62,931 bases of DNA, filler included, from Nemertoderma westbladi (GCA_032718475.1; 3 parts of 3 records of this genome joined end to end with filler, not necessarily neighbours in it); one strand, 5' to 3'. Positions 1-14,233 are shown, counted from the whole stretch's first letter. Numbers and translations: made by a program. Notes: generated by a model not told the origin, from the letters alone.

Positions 1-432
1 TGGCAGATTAGTGTGCAGTATTGTGCAGCATTGTGTATGAGTGAGTCTGTTAAAGAAGCAATTCCTAAAGAATGCGCCATATATGTGAATTATAATTAAG
101 CCATATCGTTGTGAGTAGTTTAAGTCATAACTCTGTTTATATAGATAAAGCGCCACGTCCTAAAGGAACTGTTAATATTTCCCGAAGGTGAATAATATTG
201 TCAGAGATTATATAATACTGTCAGTCGAATAATACATTAGGCTTACATAGCAATAAAATTAAACCGTCGAACCCAATCTCCCGGGAATATCCAGCGGGTG
301 AATGATCGCGCACAGATTGGTTTCGACTAGTGTAGTGAATCAAATACTTGTCATAGACTAAAAACCGATTTAATATCTAGAAGACATCCTAATTTGGCGG
401 GTTAAACTGCCAAAGGTCTGAAAGCGCGAACA
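1..432 (+). mobile_element. 3' part of an LTR of the BEL/Pao family also seen at 49043-50297 (window starts inside it)
   Basis: Nearly identical to 49867-50297 (about 5 differences by eye). Identity stops exactly at ...GAAAGCGCGAACA, a CA terminus, and a minisatellite follows. Confidence 0.8.
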
Positions 433-843
433 ACTGTAGCCCTGTCTTGGGGAACATCGACAATCGTAGCTATGTCTGTAGGAACATCGACCATCATAGC
501 TTTGTCTAGGGGAACATCGACAATCATAGCTTTGTCTGGGGGAACATCGACCAACATAGCTTTGTCTGCGGGAATATCGAACACTGTAGCCTTGTCTGGG
601 GGAACATCGACAATCGTAGCTATGTCTGTAGGAACATCGACACTCGTAGCTTTGTCTGGGGGAACATTGACCAACATAGCTTTGTCTGCGGGAACATCGA
701 ACACTGTAGCCTTGTCTGGGGGAACATCGACAATCGTAGCTATGTCTGCAGGAACATCGACCATCATAACTTTGTCTAGGGGAACATCGACAATCGTAGC
801 TTTGTCTGGGGGTACATCGATCAATATAGCTTTGTCTGGGGGA
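433..843. repeat. 30-bp minisatellite (GGAACATCGACAATCGTAGCTTTGTCTGGG), about 14 units with a 4-unit superstructure
   Basis: 30-bp periodicity visible directly; variant units recur every 120 bp. Confidence 0.95.
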
Positions 844-1695
844 AGCTCATTCCCCATAATGCTTTCACCCAAACTGTCCAAAATAAACCCATAAAAAATA
901 GAATTTGAATTTCCCGCTCCTTCATGGAAAAAGCTTGAAGGAAATGGAGCAATAGGGAATAATAAATTGGTACAGTAGTTGTTCACAATGAAGAAACAAG
1001 TTTTAAGGAAGGATTAAAGGTCTTAGACCCAGTAATACACATAAGAACAAATAATCGTTTCTAATTTTAGCAAAACTATAATTAATTATATTCAGAATTA
1101 CAATGGAGGACCTTATTGCTCCATTGTGAACCGGGCTTATGCTATAACTAAAAATATACTACTTGACTTATTTTGGCAAAAGCCCTTGATATTTTTTTGA
1201 CGAAACGGCGTATTTCAAATATGGCGTCATTACATGACGTCATACTATTCAAATAAAAAAAATCATTTTTTTCTGAAAGCCCTCATCAAAATTGTTGTAA
1301 AAATGAAATATGAAGCGGTTTTATAAAGTTGATTGCAAGTTATGCATAATTTAAAAACTAAAAATTTTCAAACGCCATTTTCTCAAAATCATCAAAACAT
1401 GAATACGACTGTTCGTCATGGTGCCATCGACTTATGAAATTTTTACTTATTCCATTGAATTCAGAATAGCAAGTGTGTAGTGAGACTCTGTGAAGATAAC
1501 AGCTGATCGTGTAGACACATTATTACAGCCAACAAGGGCACATTTCTTTAAATGTTAGTAGTAGACTCTCCCATGCTCACCACAGGTAGGCTAACAAACT
1601 TATAATTCTGAATTCAAAACTAAAAGTGAGCCAAAATTGTTATATTTGCTTTCATTTTTTAGCTACAAGCGTTTGAAAAATGTCTCTCCGACAAT

Positions 1696-2320
1696 GGTTA
1701 TTCTTCAACCTTATAGTTATTTGTTGGTACTGTTAGAAAGCCGACCATGCAAGGATTCCAAATATGTAACACAATCTGAAATTCGTTGAGAAATAAATAG
1801 CTGAGATATGAGCATTCAAAAGTTGCTATTAAACAAAATGTTCCAGAATATGGTGTATTTATTTAATGGAATAAAATAGCTTTTCGCAGCTGCAAAACCA
1901 TGCAACTTTCTAACGCTTATATCTTACGTCAAACTGTCTATCTTATATCTAAACTATTTTACGCAGATAAGGGGAAAACTGGACGCAATAAAAATTTATC
2001 CCTCTCCTTTGGAAATTGAACGCAAATAACAGCTGTTTATGAGCAAAAATAAAACTGTAACCTGTTCTATTGTGTTTAGTTTATTGTTTTGGTTAAAATA
2101 ACGTTCCACTGTAACCTGCTCCTTTCCCTAAATTCAGAATTTAACATTGAGGCGGGATATTAATTCGCCAAGGCGGGTTTTGCGTCCAGTTCCCCCCCCC
2201 CCCCCCCCCCCCCCCCGTCTCATTTTACGACGAGATTCAGATTTTGTTACATATTTGGAATCCTTCTAAGGCCAGCTTTCAAACAGCACCAACAAATCAC
2301 TATAAGGTTGAAGAATAACT
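1696..2320. mobile_element. Degenerate inverted-repeat (MITE-like) element enclosing a smaller MITE
   Basis: 1696-1790 (GGTTATTCTTCAACCTTATAG...GGATTCCAAATATGTAACACAATCTGAA) is an imperfect reverse complement of 2230-2320. Confidence 0.6.
1964..2221. mobile_element. MITE with GGGGAAACTGGACGCAA TIRs (copy A)
   Basis: TIRs at about 1971 and 2180-2196. A reverse-oriented homologous copy lies at 13919-14160. Confidence 0.75.
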
Positions 2321-2394
2321 GCGGTGTGACTGGTGAAATATCGACGGAAATTATGATAGAGCTTTTATTATATTTATCATTTTCAAATTATTAA

Positions 2395-4237
2395 CCCTTT
2401 CCGGCCTGAATTAATTTAATTTAGGAAAAAAAATTGGTTGGTCTTGTTAATGGGTTAATTTTACACCAAATAATAATTTTCGATGAAAAAATTTTCAAAA
2501 AATTATTTCCAATGTTGTTTTTTTTATTGTATACAAAAGTATACGTCAGGTATATGAAACATGTTCCCAATGTATACTTTTGTATACGAACTCTAGATTG
2601 TACGTACTTACTTACATACATACAAACATACATCGTATAGTAAGTATATTCTATATATATATATATATATATATAATAGAGAATAAACAAAACATGCAAC
2701 GAGCAAGCAATTTTAATGAAAAAAATTTAAATTATGTTTTTTCGGATTGAAAAGCAGCTGTCAATACTTTGAAATTTGCCAAAATGCCAAAATTTTATAA
2801 TTTTGTGTGTTTTCACAACACACGTTGTTTAAAAGCAACACAGTGCGACAAAAATTTAAAATGAAGAATTATACAGTGAATGTTTTTTTCTGTCAGTTTT
2901 TTTCAAGTTTGAAAAAAACAGTTTCGACTAACTTTTTTCAACTGTTTGTATGTCTATCTGCCCTGCCTGTTTACTGTGGGTGTACAACATCTACTCCCCA
3001 ACGGTGGCTGCACCACATCTAATCCCCAATGGTTGCTGAATCATATCTACTCCCATGGCCCAATGGTTAACATCTACTCCATATGGTGGCTACACCACAT
3101 CTACTCCCCAATGGTCAACATTTACTCCATATGGTGGCTACACCACATCTTCTCATCAATGCTGAGCATCTACTCCACTATGGTTGCTGCACCACATCTA
3201 CTCATCAATGGTGGCTGCACCACATCTACTCCCCAATGGTGGCTGAATCACATCTACTACCAAGGCCCAATGGTTAACATCTACTCCACTATGGTGGCTG
3301 CACCACATCTACTCATCAATGGTCAGCATCTACTCCCTAATGGACAATGGTGGCTGCACCACATCTACTCATCAATGGTGGCTGCACCAGATTTTCTCTC
3401 CAATGGTGGCTGCACCTTATCTACACCCCTACGGTGGTGGATGTACCACATCTACTCCCCAATAGTGGCTGCATCACATCTACTCCCAAGGCCCAATGGT
3501 CAACATCTACACCCCTATGGTGGCTACGCCACATCTACTCCCCAATGGAGGCTGTTCCACATCTACTCTCCAATGGCGACTGCACCACATCTATCCACAA
3601 TGTTGGCTGCATCACCTCTACGATCCTATGGTCAACATCTACTCCCCATGGTGGCTGCACCACATCTAGGCCTACACACACCCCAATGGTGGAAGCACAA
3701 CATGGCTGAATCACATCTACGCCCCAACGGTGCTGCATCACAATGGTGGAAGCACAACATGGCTGAATCACATCTACTCCCCAACGGTGCTGCACCACAT
3801 CTACTCCACAACTGTGGCTGCACCACTTCTACTCCCCAACTTTATAAACCTAACGTAGACAAATGTATACAGTGGTTTATCAATAACACTACCAGCCTAC
3901 CTGTACTGTAAACTTTATCCTGGAAGTATTATTATCTCATTGGACAATCCATCTTTGGAATACCCAATCAAAATTCTCAATATCGCTTTGCCAAAGCATT
4001 TAAATAACCATCTTTCCTATGCCAGGTAGTCATCATGTCAATACCTGAAAACACGGCATCTAAAATCGTTCATTGAAGCCTTCTACTACAATTATCCAAT
4101 CAGAATCGGTAATTTATAAGTAAAGGAAGTGTGATAGTGCCTCAATTGGATGAAACCAAATATAATTAGTTAAAATTATGCAATTCGTAGTGACATAAAT
4201 TCAGTGTATACAAAAATATACAGTCGGCCGGAAAGGG
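2395..4237. mobile_element. Non-autonomous piggyBac-type element
   Basis: TTAA|CCCTTTCCGGCC ... GGCCGGAAAGGG|TTAA: 12-bp TIRs with CCC termini and TTAA TSDs at 2391-2394 and 4238-4241. No transposase ORF. Confidence 0.85.
2985..3840. repeat. Degenerate ~28-bp/~20-bp composite tandem repeat inside the piggyBac-type element
   Basis: Recurring ATGGTGGCTGCACCACATCTACTCCCCA and ATGGTCAACATCTACTCC units. Confidence 0.85.
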
Positions 4238-4385
4238 TTAAAGTCAAATTGCAGGATGCCGGTTCGTCCTTGTAGTAGAGATATATTCGAAGGGAAAAGG
4301 TTGTTTTGCATTATTACCAACAAAAACCAAAAACCACACGCTAAGAGCTTGTAGCTAAGAAATGAGAACAAAAATAATAATTATT

Positions 4386-4517
4386 TATTACATGGAAAAA
4401 TGTAGAACTTTTTTTTCATTATTCTCGAGGGATTTTATTTACCGAGCGTCAGCGAGGTTAATAAAGGGTCGAGAGAATATTGAAAAAAAATGTTCTACGT
4501 TTTTTTCCCATGTAATA
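4386..4517. repeat. Short palindromic dispersed element with an ACCGAGCGTCAGCGAGGT core
   Basis: Arms TATTACATGGAAAAATGTAGAAC... and ...GTTCTACGTTTTTTCCCATGTAATA. Related sequences at about 9360-9515 and 45520-45605. Confidence 0.6.
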
Positions 4518-4644
4518 CGTATTTATATTCTTAAATTGGTACTTTTTTGTTGCTAAATTCTTTAATAAAACATAGCGATATACTACAGTACAGTTGTGTT
4601 GCAAAATAAATTGAACTGCAGTATTTTACCATATTGCTTCCATA

Positions 4645-4840
4645 GTTACTGCGATTCAAATTATTGTACTATTCAACTCTCGATGTTGCCTTACTCAATG
4701 TTAAAATAATTTAGTGTTCTCGAATATTTATTAACTAGTGAGCCAATTAACAACATAAACCAATATTGGATATTGAGTTCCGTTTTGGAGTTCGCCTTGC
4801 AGACACTAAAGTTGCAATAACTTTTGAGTGTGTGAATGAA
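4645..4840 (+). repeat. Dispersed repeat fragment
   Basis: Homologous to about 42822-42900 and 48160-48360 (TACTGCGATTCAAAT...; CCAATATTGGATATTGAGTTCCGTTTTGGAGTTCG). Confidence 0.7.
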
Positions 4841-4981
4841 AATTGCTCAAAATACTTCCAAACCTTTTCTTTGTCGATGCTCTTTCAATATATGTAATAA
4901 AATTTAAGAAATTCCACCAAAAATATTTTACTTTACTTTTTTAGCCGGGAAAAAAAGTAAAATCAATGCAATCCAAACCAA

Positions 4982-5255
4982 GGTTCCACCTTGGTGTAGT
5001 GGTTGCATTGAATTCACTTCTCCTGTAGGTCGTGGGTTCGATCCTTACATGGGCCGGGGCTGTTTTCGTTTCGGCACGAACGCTTTAAAGGGACCAGCCA
5101 GGGTGCATCTCTGCCTTGCATCCTTAAGTGGTAGCTAAATGAGTACTGGAGTTTCCTCTGGGGAGTAAAGTTCTGGGGAGACCGCACTGGAAATAAGTCC
5201 CTGGCCTGCGTAATCCCTGGCCTAGCGGCGGAAGAAAATTTACTTTTTTTTACTT
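4982..5255 (+). mobile_element. tRNA-derived SINE with a Deu/Nin-like central domain
   Basis: A-box TGGTGTAGTGG and B-box GGTTCGATCC, then CTGCCTTGCATCCTTAAGTGGTAGCTAAATGAGTACT (resembles the DeuSINE/Nin core as I recall it) and a TTAC/T-rich tail. Confidence 0.7.
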
Positions 5256-6974
5256 TTATCCTATTGATTACTTTTTTCCCTAGGGAAAAAAGAGAAACTT
5301 TTTCTCCCGATTTAGTGGGTATATTCGAGCGAAAAAGTAACAATTTAAGAATAAAAATTCTTACTCACCCACGGAGGAGGAGTTGAGTGAAACTATATAT
5401 ATTAAAAAATCTATTTGTAGAAAAATTTGGGGGGGGGGGCATGTTCCGGAAAAACGACACTATATTCCAGGACATGGTGTATTTAATTGGTCAGCCCATA
5501 AAGACAATGCTATAACAAAGGCTACATATTATCCTGATATCAACAGTACGTGGTACCGGTACAACTATAAAATTATTTCAAGGAGACCTCATACCATTAA
5601 TAAATGGAAAAATTTAAGTCCCAGACATCCGGGAGACCATTTTTTGCCTTTTAAAATACATTTTCGATAATTGTTGTTTGATAGCCTCTGCAAAAGTTGG
5701 ATAACTGTTTACAGCCAGTAATAGCCGATAACAACTGCCAGTAAATATTACTATCGGTATCCATTATGGCTGGAATGTAATTATTTCGATTCGTGTCTCC
5801 TAAGAGAGTTAATTCGCCGCAGTTGTTCTATTTAAATGTAGCCAACACAACCGCATCTATCATATATTTTGGCAAATAAACAATGACATCAATGAAAACT
5901 GTGGCAGATCGTAACATTAATAATTGATCGAGAGCACCCATAAATTTACGATCCAAATAAGTCGTAAATATAAAATCAAAGAAGCGGAAGCGTTTTATGC
6001 GTAGATTTTTACGATAGTGTTATTTGCAGACATACAGCTATCGTCAGCGGAACATTAAGTCGGTCACATGATGTTACAAAAACTCCATTCCACAAATGCC
6101 ATAGCTGTATCGAATTCAACTTCCAGCCAATAACACATTCACTTTACATATCCAGCTAGTAGAAATATGTATATTTACCGTATATATCTTAACGACGTTG
6201 ACCACTGAAATAATATATTTCCACCGAAATAATCCACTGAAATATTTCCACTGAAATGATATTATATTGAACACCGTATAATATGACTCTGTCTGTAAAT
6301 AAGTTGACTCTGTTTAAATCGCGACTCAAAACTCACCTGTACAAAGAGGAATATTGCTGACTTTTACTTAATATTGTTCAAACTTTTTTACTTAGTAATT
6401 AATTCACTGTACGTAGCCTGGTGTTTTTTTAGATCGCAGTTTTTTAGAACGCAGTTTTTTAAAGTTTTTTAGTTGGTTTCAATTAGTTTTTTAAGCGCCT
6501 TGAAATATGTTCAGAAAGGCGCTATATAAATACATATTATTATTATTATTATCTTAAAATGAAAATTATTATAAGAGTGCGCCATAAGAAGGGGGATGGT
6601 TCTAGTTTAATAGTAAAATTCGTTCATTATCAACCGTAAATCGTCCCTTGAGACCATACTTTGAATGGAAATTATTAAAAATCCTAATTGATGCAATAAA
6701 AATTATTGGTATCACTAAGATTGATAATTACACTCGTATTACCTACCGGGACTATATACTCCCCATGCAAGGTTCAGTTCAATAATTACTGCTGAGTCAT
6801 GGTAACCAATAATTATTTACTAGCTAGTGTTTTTTGTTTTATATAATAATATTGATGTCTGTCAAATTGCAGATTTTTTTATTTTAAAATATAACATTAT
6901 TTTAACTCCTTAATGCGTTAAACATTCAATTAAACTTAAACTTAAACAAACAAAAATTAAATAAACAAACAACA

Positions 6975-7831
6975 TTTACATTATTTTCATTCCTTTTACA
7001 TTATTTTCATTCCTTTTACATTATTTTCATTCCTTTTACATTATTTTCATTCCTTTTACATTATTTTCACTCCTTTTACATTATTTTCATTCCTTTTACA
7101 TTATTTTCATTCCTTTTACATTATTTTCATTCCTTTTACATTATTTTCACTCCTTTTACATTATTTTCATTCCTTTTACATTATTTTCATTCCTTTTACA
7201 TTATTTTCATTCCTTTTACATTATTTTCATTCCTTTTACATTATTTTCATTCCTTTTACATTATTTTCATTCCTTTTACATTATTTTCACTCCTTTTACA
7301 TTATTTTCATTCCTTTTACATTATTTTCATTCCTTTTACATTATTTTCATTCCTTTTACATTATTTTCATTCCTTTTACATTATTTTCATTCCTTTTACA
7401 TTATTTTCATTCCTTTTACATTATTTTCATTCCTTTTACACTATTTTCATTACTTTTACATTATTTTCATTCCTTTTACATTATTTTCATTCCTTTTACA
7501 TTATTTTCATTCCTTTTACATTATTTTCATTCCTTTTACATTATTTTCATTCCTTTTACATTATTTTCATTCCTTTTACATTATTTTCATTCCTTTTACA
7601 TTATTTTCATTCCTTTTACACTATTTTCATTCCTTTTACATTATTTTCATTCCTTTTACATTATTTTCATTCCTTTTACATTATTTTCATTCCTTTTACA
7701 TTATTTTCATTCCTTTTACATTATTTTCATTCCTTTTACAATATTTTCACTCCTTTTACATTATTTTCATTCATTTTACATTATTTTCACTCCTTTTACA
7801 TTATTTTCATTCATTTTACATTATTTTCACT
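6975..7831. repeat. 20-bp satellite (TTACATTATTTTCATTCCTT)n, about 43 units
   Basis: Highly homogeneous direct periodicity. Confidence 0.97.
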
Positions 7832-9799
7832 GCAAATTTAACTATTGAATTCATAGTAATTTGTAATTACAATTTAAACCTATTCATCTGTAATGAAATT
7901 TACGTTCATTGCAGTATAGTTATCTATTACGGCTAGAGTTCCGTATGTGCCAACATTTTCAGTTTGCTCTAAGATGGGGAACAGTTCCGTGTGCCAACAT
8001 TTTCGTTGTTTTTTTTCAACAAATTGTCATGCTCTTTTGTCAGGTTTTTCTCTTGATAAATGTTGTAGAACGAATATTGAGTGTTCCAGAACTTAAAAAG
8101 AATGTTCTAGAACATTTTAATTATGAATTTTCGAGAAAATAAATTACTTACTCTTAAAAAGAAAATTATTAAAAAAATTGTTCAATTTTAAAATTGTTCA
8201 TGCTATTTTGCCTTCTTTTTTTCTATTGACAAGAGATCTAGAACATTTATTAAATGTTCTAGAACATGTACCAAATGTTCTAGAACATTTTTATTATCAA
8301 TTTTCGAGAAAAAAAATATTCTAGAATATTTGTTCTTTTAAAAAGAATTATTAAAATGATTGTTTAATTAAAAAAAATTGGAATACAGAACAACTAACCA
8401 TAACGATAACATTCCAGAACATTTTTTAAAATGTTAGCTAGGGCTAGCTATAGATATAACTATAGACTATAGGCTATAGACTATAGGCTATAGCTATAGA
8501 TATAAATTACTAGCTATAATTGTAAATTATTACTTGATTACATAAAATTACTAGATATACTGTATGTTAATTATACAAAAAAGTGTTAAAAAAAAACAAA
8601 AAAATACATTTTTTTAAAAATGTTCTAGAACAAAAAATTATATGTTCTAGAACATTATTTAACAAAAAAATAATTCGAAATATCCTAGAATACTTCACAC
8701 TAACATTAAAAAGTAGTAGTTAGTAAACTAAACACATTGTAGGGCTAGAGTTCCGTATGTACCAAAATTTTCAGTGTTCATTTTCAGCATTTGTCAGCTA
8801 ATTATTAGCAATATTCTAGAATATATTATTTATACTAGAATCTTTTTAAAATGGTTAAAAAATCATATATATGTTAACTAAATGTTGATATTTTTATTTT
8901 TGTACCGGTATAAGATCTAGAACGTTAATTTTTTTTCTAGGTCATTTTATAAAAAGTTATAAATCATTCGCAAATATATAGCTAGTTTTTGATATTTGTA
9001 TGTTGATATTGAAAATGTTCCCTACTCTTAAAAAATGCTTCCGAAACAAGTCCTTATTCTAGAATATTTTTTAAACAATTTTGTATCTGTTAAAATCGTC
9101 TCAAACAATATTATTTGTTATATATGTTATAGAACATTTCAAACAAATCTATAAAATTAGCTAGTTTATTAAATGGGAGGGGTTTTTTCGGTACCCAGTG
9201 ACATAATGAAGAAACATTAATTTGTTCTAGAATAAGCAATATTTAAATAAAATTCCTGTTTACCAATATGCCATAATGCATAACTTGAGATGCACTAAAT
9301 GAAACTAATATATAAATAATAACGTCGTGAAAATAACGTTCCATTTAAAATAAAACTACGTATTGCATGTTAAATAACGTGGAACATATTTTCACTATGC
9401 CCCTCGCTACGGTTGAGGTTGACCGAGCGAGGTCATTAACCTCACTACGCTCGGAAAATAAAATATCTAGAGTATTGTGAAAATAATGTTCTTCATTATT
9501 TACCATACAAAAATAATATTATTATCATTGAGAAAGATAAATTAACATAATTATATGTACATGTAACATATGTGTACTAATAGAAAAGGTGAAAGTTAAA
9601 AAAAATATTTGTTAGACTGGTTGTAACAACAGTCCTGCAGATTGTAGCTAACAACTACATGGTTCAAAAAACAAATATTGTTCAGGAATGATTAATTAAC
9701 ATTCAATGAATGAATCAATTGCCGCAATACAAATATTATATAATCCATTCTTAACAGAAAATAAACAAATCGAAAATATATTCTGTCAGAAAATATATA

Positions 9800-12567
9800 C
9801 TGTCAGAGGTAATTGAAGATATAAGAAAATCAAATAATTACGATTGTATTGTCCTATCAGGCGATTTTAATAGTAACTGTTTATCTGGCGATTCTCTACC
9901 AGTCCAGCAATTTGCTGCACAAACAGGATTTACACAATACATTCATGAAGTAACTCGTCCCATTAGCAACACCTGCTTAGACTTGGTGTTCTCTGACAAA
10001 CCTGCACTAACTCTGGACTATGGCACCCACCCTCTCCTGCAGTATGAGGATGGAGGTTTTATTTCAGATCACAAACCTGTTTATATAACAATTAATTGTG
10101 AAATTAAACCTCCACCTTTATACAGCAGATCCATATTTGATTTTGCTAAAGCAAATTGGGAAAGTTTTTCGTTATTTATTTCAGGTTACGACTTTACTTC
10201 GGCTATAGACAGCAGAGATCCTAACGAAATAGCACAAAAATTAAATGATTGCCTTAAGGAGGGAATTAACAAGTTTATACCTAATAAAGTAGTAAAATCA
10301 CGATCAACCGATCCTAAATGGATCACACCATTCCTGCGTCAACTTTTTAGAAAACGTGAGAAATGCCATAAAAAAGCATTAAAAACGCAAGATGATTCAA
10401 TGGAGTGGAACGAATATCGCAGACTTAGAAATCATGTTATTCAACAAGTGCGGATTGCAAAAAATGCATACAATCGTAAAATGTATGATAAGCTAAGTAC
10501 TAGTGGTCAAATGACACAAAAAGAGTGGTATTCTTTCGCAAAGAATACCCTTGGGAAAACAAAAGTTACTAGTATACCATTCCTAATTGAAAACAATACA
10601 TGTCTTGTTGAGGCTAGTGCAAAAGCTGAACTCTTAAATAACTTCTTTATTGATCAAACAAAACTACCATCTCCATTGAACCCTCTGCCTATACTGGACT
10701 ATGAAAATGAAAATATTACCATCTTAGAAAATATAACAATTAGTGAGGAAGACGTTCTGGAATCACTAACTAGTTTGTCATCTGATAAAGCGTCTGGTCC
10801 AGACGGCATTGGCCCCAAGGTAATCAAAGCTATACGTACAAGTATATCCTCTGCTAACAGTGTTATTTAATATCTCATTACTAACATCAACATTTCCCTC
10901 CCTTTGGAAATACTCTAACGTAAGCCCAGTCTTTAAGAAGAACGAAACATACTATTGCTCCAACTATCGGCCAATTTCATTGCTCTGCATTTTATCCAAG
11001 GTATTTGAAACTGTCGTTCGTAAACATCTCTGGGAATTTCTACGTAATAAACTTTCTGAACATCAGTCTGGTTTTATATCTGGAGATGGTTGTGTGTACC
11101 GTTTACTACAACTTTACGATGACTGGTGCCGTGCATGGGACGACGGCGACGTGTCACAGATTATTTTCTGTGATATATCGAAAGCGTTTGACCGTGTATG
11201 GCATCAAGGCCTATTGCACAAGCTAGAACGAATTGGGATTCGTGGGAGGTTGCTAGGTTGGTTTGCAAGTTACCTGTCGGGACGTTACCAGCGGGTTGTA
11301 CTCGATGGCGTTGCATCTGTATATATGCTTATTTTAGCAGGCGTGCCGCAAGGCAGCATCTTGGGTCCGCTGCTATTCCTTATTTGTATCGATGATTTAA
11401 TCGATGTATTGAAATCCACGGCATCACTTTTTGCAGATGATACTTCATTGTACACTCGATTACAGCATCCTTCAGTTAGGGCCCATTTTATAAACACAGA
11501 CCTCTGTTCACTTCATGAGTGGGCACTTAAATGGCTTGTTACAATTAACCCATCCAAAACAGTAGTAATGACAATGGCTGGTAGTATCCCATACCAGACT
11601 TTGCCAGTCTCTACCTATGGTAGAGTCTCACAAACATTTAGGTGTCACCTTCTCATCCACTTTCAACTTTACAGATCACATTCATACGATTATCAGTAGA
11701 GTCTCAATGTCAGTTGCGGCATTAAAGAAATCGAAATATCTCATCCCAAAAAAATCTATTATACAAATATACAAATGTTTCATTAGACCAACACAAGAAT
11801 ACGCCAGCCCTGTCTGGTCCGGTATCTCTGACGAAAATTCAGAATTGCTGGACCAGATTGAGTTGGATATTTTGAGAACGGCCACTGGGGCACCACGTGG
11901 TACATCTCATTATAAATTGTATGACGAGTGTGGCATACAAAAATTATCAGATCGTAGAAATTCCAACTGCCTATTGTATTTCTACAAGATTGTGAATGGC
12001 CTTGCCCCTGGCTACCTGTCACGACTGCTGCCACCATCAGTTGGCGAGGCCAGTCAATACAGATACCCATTGCGCAATGCGATTGACATCTCGTTGATAC
12101 AGACGGGGAAAGAACTATACAATAAATCATTTTTTCCCGCGACGATCAGAAAGTGGAACTCCCTACCAATCGCAATACGCCAACTCCCGATCACACTGTT
12201 TCGATCTAGGTTATTTTCTTCACCTACTATAAATCCATATACGCACCTCGGGTCTAGAATTACACAAGTACGCCTATGCCAAATGCGGCTTGGATGTAGT
12301 AACTTAGGTGCTGACATGGTAAGTCGACACCTCAGTGAATCTCCAGCTTGCGGCGGCTGTGGCGTAACTGAGGACGCCCAGCACTACCTTCTTCACTGCC
12401 CTTCCTATTCCACCCATCGGCAAAAACTATTTGATGAGCTACAATCAGCTGGAATAACCACAAACATCGAAGCTTTTCTACAGGGCCGTGGTGTACCACT
12501 TTCTAAACAACCTAAGCTTGTAGAGGAACTTGGACAGTTCATCTCAGGCACTGGTAGATTCAACTAA
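9800..12567 (+). mobile_element. 5'-truncated, frameshifted CR1/L2-group LINE ORF2 (APE endonuclease C-half, RT, C-terminal Cys/His motif)
   Basis: In-frame upstream of ORF 9983: CIVLSGDFN...TCLDLVF, then ISDHKPV (APE). RT motifs NYRPISLL, DISKAFD, GVPQGSILGPLLF, FADDT. C-terminus SFFPATIRKWNSLP and CGGCG...HYLLHC. Frameshifts near 10860 and 11617. Confidence 0.92.
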
Positions 12568-13140
12568 ATTTTTTTTTTTTTTTATTGGAAATATAATAAT
12601 TTCAAAAGTATTCTTGAAAATACTTGTAGAGTGGAAGGTCTCATGAACGTCTAAACTGAAGAGATGAATTTGCGTTTTATAGCATTTTATATAACTTTTC
12701 TAACCCTAGCAGGGATGCATTAGTACCTCAATCTTAGTTAACTATTAAGTAATATTAATTTGTAATGTTAGTATTGTTTATTGATGAATAATTATTAATC
12801 TGTTAATTTTTTTTTTTTTTATTGTAATGTTAGTATTGTCGTTTACCAATCTATATTAATTAATTACACATTTACCGGTTTGTAACATTGCAAATTGCAA
12901 TATGAGAACGTTAATATTTCTATATATTACCCAGCAACTGGATATAGGCGTACGTATTCCTATACACTATAATCAATATTGTAAATTTAATTAATATGCC
13001 TGCTAAGTTGTTCTAATATACGCACTACCTGTTTAAAATAAAAATAAAATATATTCTAGCTATACACAAATTAATTGCTATTTATTTTAGTTACTTTACA
13101 TATTTACATTTTCTAGTATATATAATCAATGAACTTGTTG

Positions 13141-13326
13141 TACTGCAATAGTAACGTCATTAATGCAGTTTTTCAAAGTACTGCAATAGTAACGTCATTA
13201 ATGCAGTTTTTCAAAGTACTGCAATAGTAACGTCATTAATGCAGTTTTTCAAAGTACTGCAATAGTAACGTCATTAATGCAGTTTTTCAAAGTACTGCAA
13301 TAGTAACGTCATTAATGCAGTTTTTC
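13141..13326. repeat. 38-bp tandem repeat, about 5 copies
   Basis: TACTGCAATAGTAACGTCATTAATGCAGTTTTTCAAAG repeated. Confidence 0.95.
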
Positions 13327-13918
13327 GAAACTGTCGGATTTTTCGATGTTGCAAATTTTGCGTTTTAAAATCTCTATAACTCGACCAATATTATTTTATA
13401 GAAGTAAAATTGCTTGCGGGGGTTTTCTCACATGCTCTTTCACGTAAAACCAATGTAAACTGAAAAAAATGTCCGAGTCGTCAAAACCATTGAGTTTTGC
13501 GCTAAAATATAATGTATAGAATATACGCCTAATTTTAGAATGTTTATTTTATATTTTAATTAAAAAATAAAACTTTACAAAATCTTATTTATTTGCTACG
13601 TTTATTTTTTTGATTATAAAATAACGCCACTGTAACCTGTTCCTTACCCGTAGTATTTTAAATTAAATTAAACGCAAAGTTGGTGTTTGCGCCATTCAGT
13701 AACAACTTCAACAATAACAAATTCAATAACTAGTATATCACCGCGTCACTTTAAATATAATCACATGACTTCATTTGAATGAACACTAAAATCAGTTCGC
13801 CATTGTTCATATTAAGCACTTCAAAGATTTTGCGGCTCTCGTTTTGTTTACTGAGGAACACTCATTCCGTATCGCTATAAAGTACTATTTTATGAACATT
13901 GACCTTTTATAGTTAATA

Positions 13919-14160
13919 GAGACAGGGGGGAAACTGGACGCAAAACCCGCTTTGGCGAATTAATACCCCCCTCAATGTTAAATTCTCAATTTAGGGAAAG
14001 GAACAGGTTACAGTGGCACGTTATTTTAACCAAAACAATAAACTAAACACAATAGAACAGGTTACAGTTTTATTTTTGAGAGTAATCATCTTGTTATTAG
14101 TGTCCAATTTCCCCTGGAGAGGGATGAATTGTTATTGCGTCCAGTTTCCCCCCCTATCTG
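13919..14160. mobile_element. MITE with GGGGAAACTGGACGCAA TIRs (copy B), about 70 bp upstream of the DCST2-like ATG
   Basis: Reverse-complement homolog of 1964-2221 with both TIRs present. Confidence 0.75.
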
Positions 14161-14233
14161 AGTTAATACATTGAATAGGCCTACTCCTACTATTGTTGCC
14201 AAGAAAATTATTTCGCAAATAATTCCCAAAGAG

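Noticed and set aside
1-432. Possibility that this is the 3' LTR of the element starting at 49043
   Set aside because: Flanks do not form a TSD (CCCGG versus ACTGT), the adjacent arrays differ, and the pieces lie on different contigs.
402-986. 194-aa DVPPDKATIV-repeat ORF and its antisense ORF
   Set aside because: Open on both strands because the unit is 30 bp; unit differences are mostly non-synonymous and the ORF ends inside the LTR.
2946-3911. 321-aa His/Trp-rich ORF
   Set aside because: Translation of the tandem repeat inside the piggyBac-type MITE, cycling through the frames of the same unit.
4982-5060. Possible tRNA gene (also at about 61793)
   Set aside because: A and B boxes are present but no proper cloverleaf forms; treated as SINE heads.
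8060-9240. Dense TTCTAGAA palindromes resembling heat-shock elements
   Set aside because: Mostly isolated two-unit motifs within degenerate AT-rich repeat modules with no adjacent gene; more likely transposon subterminal repeats.
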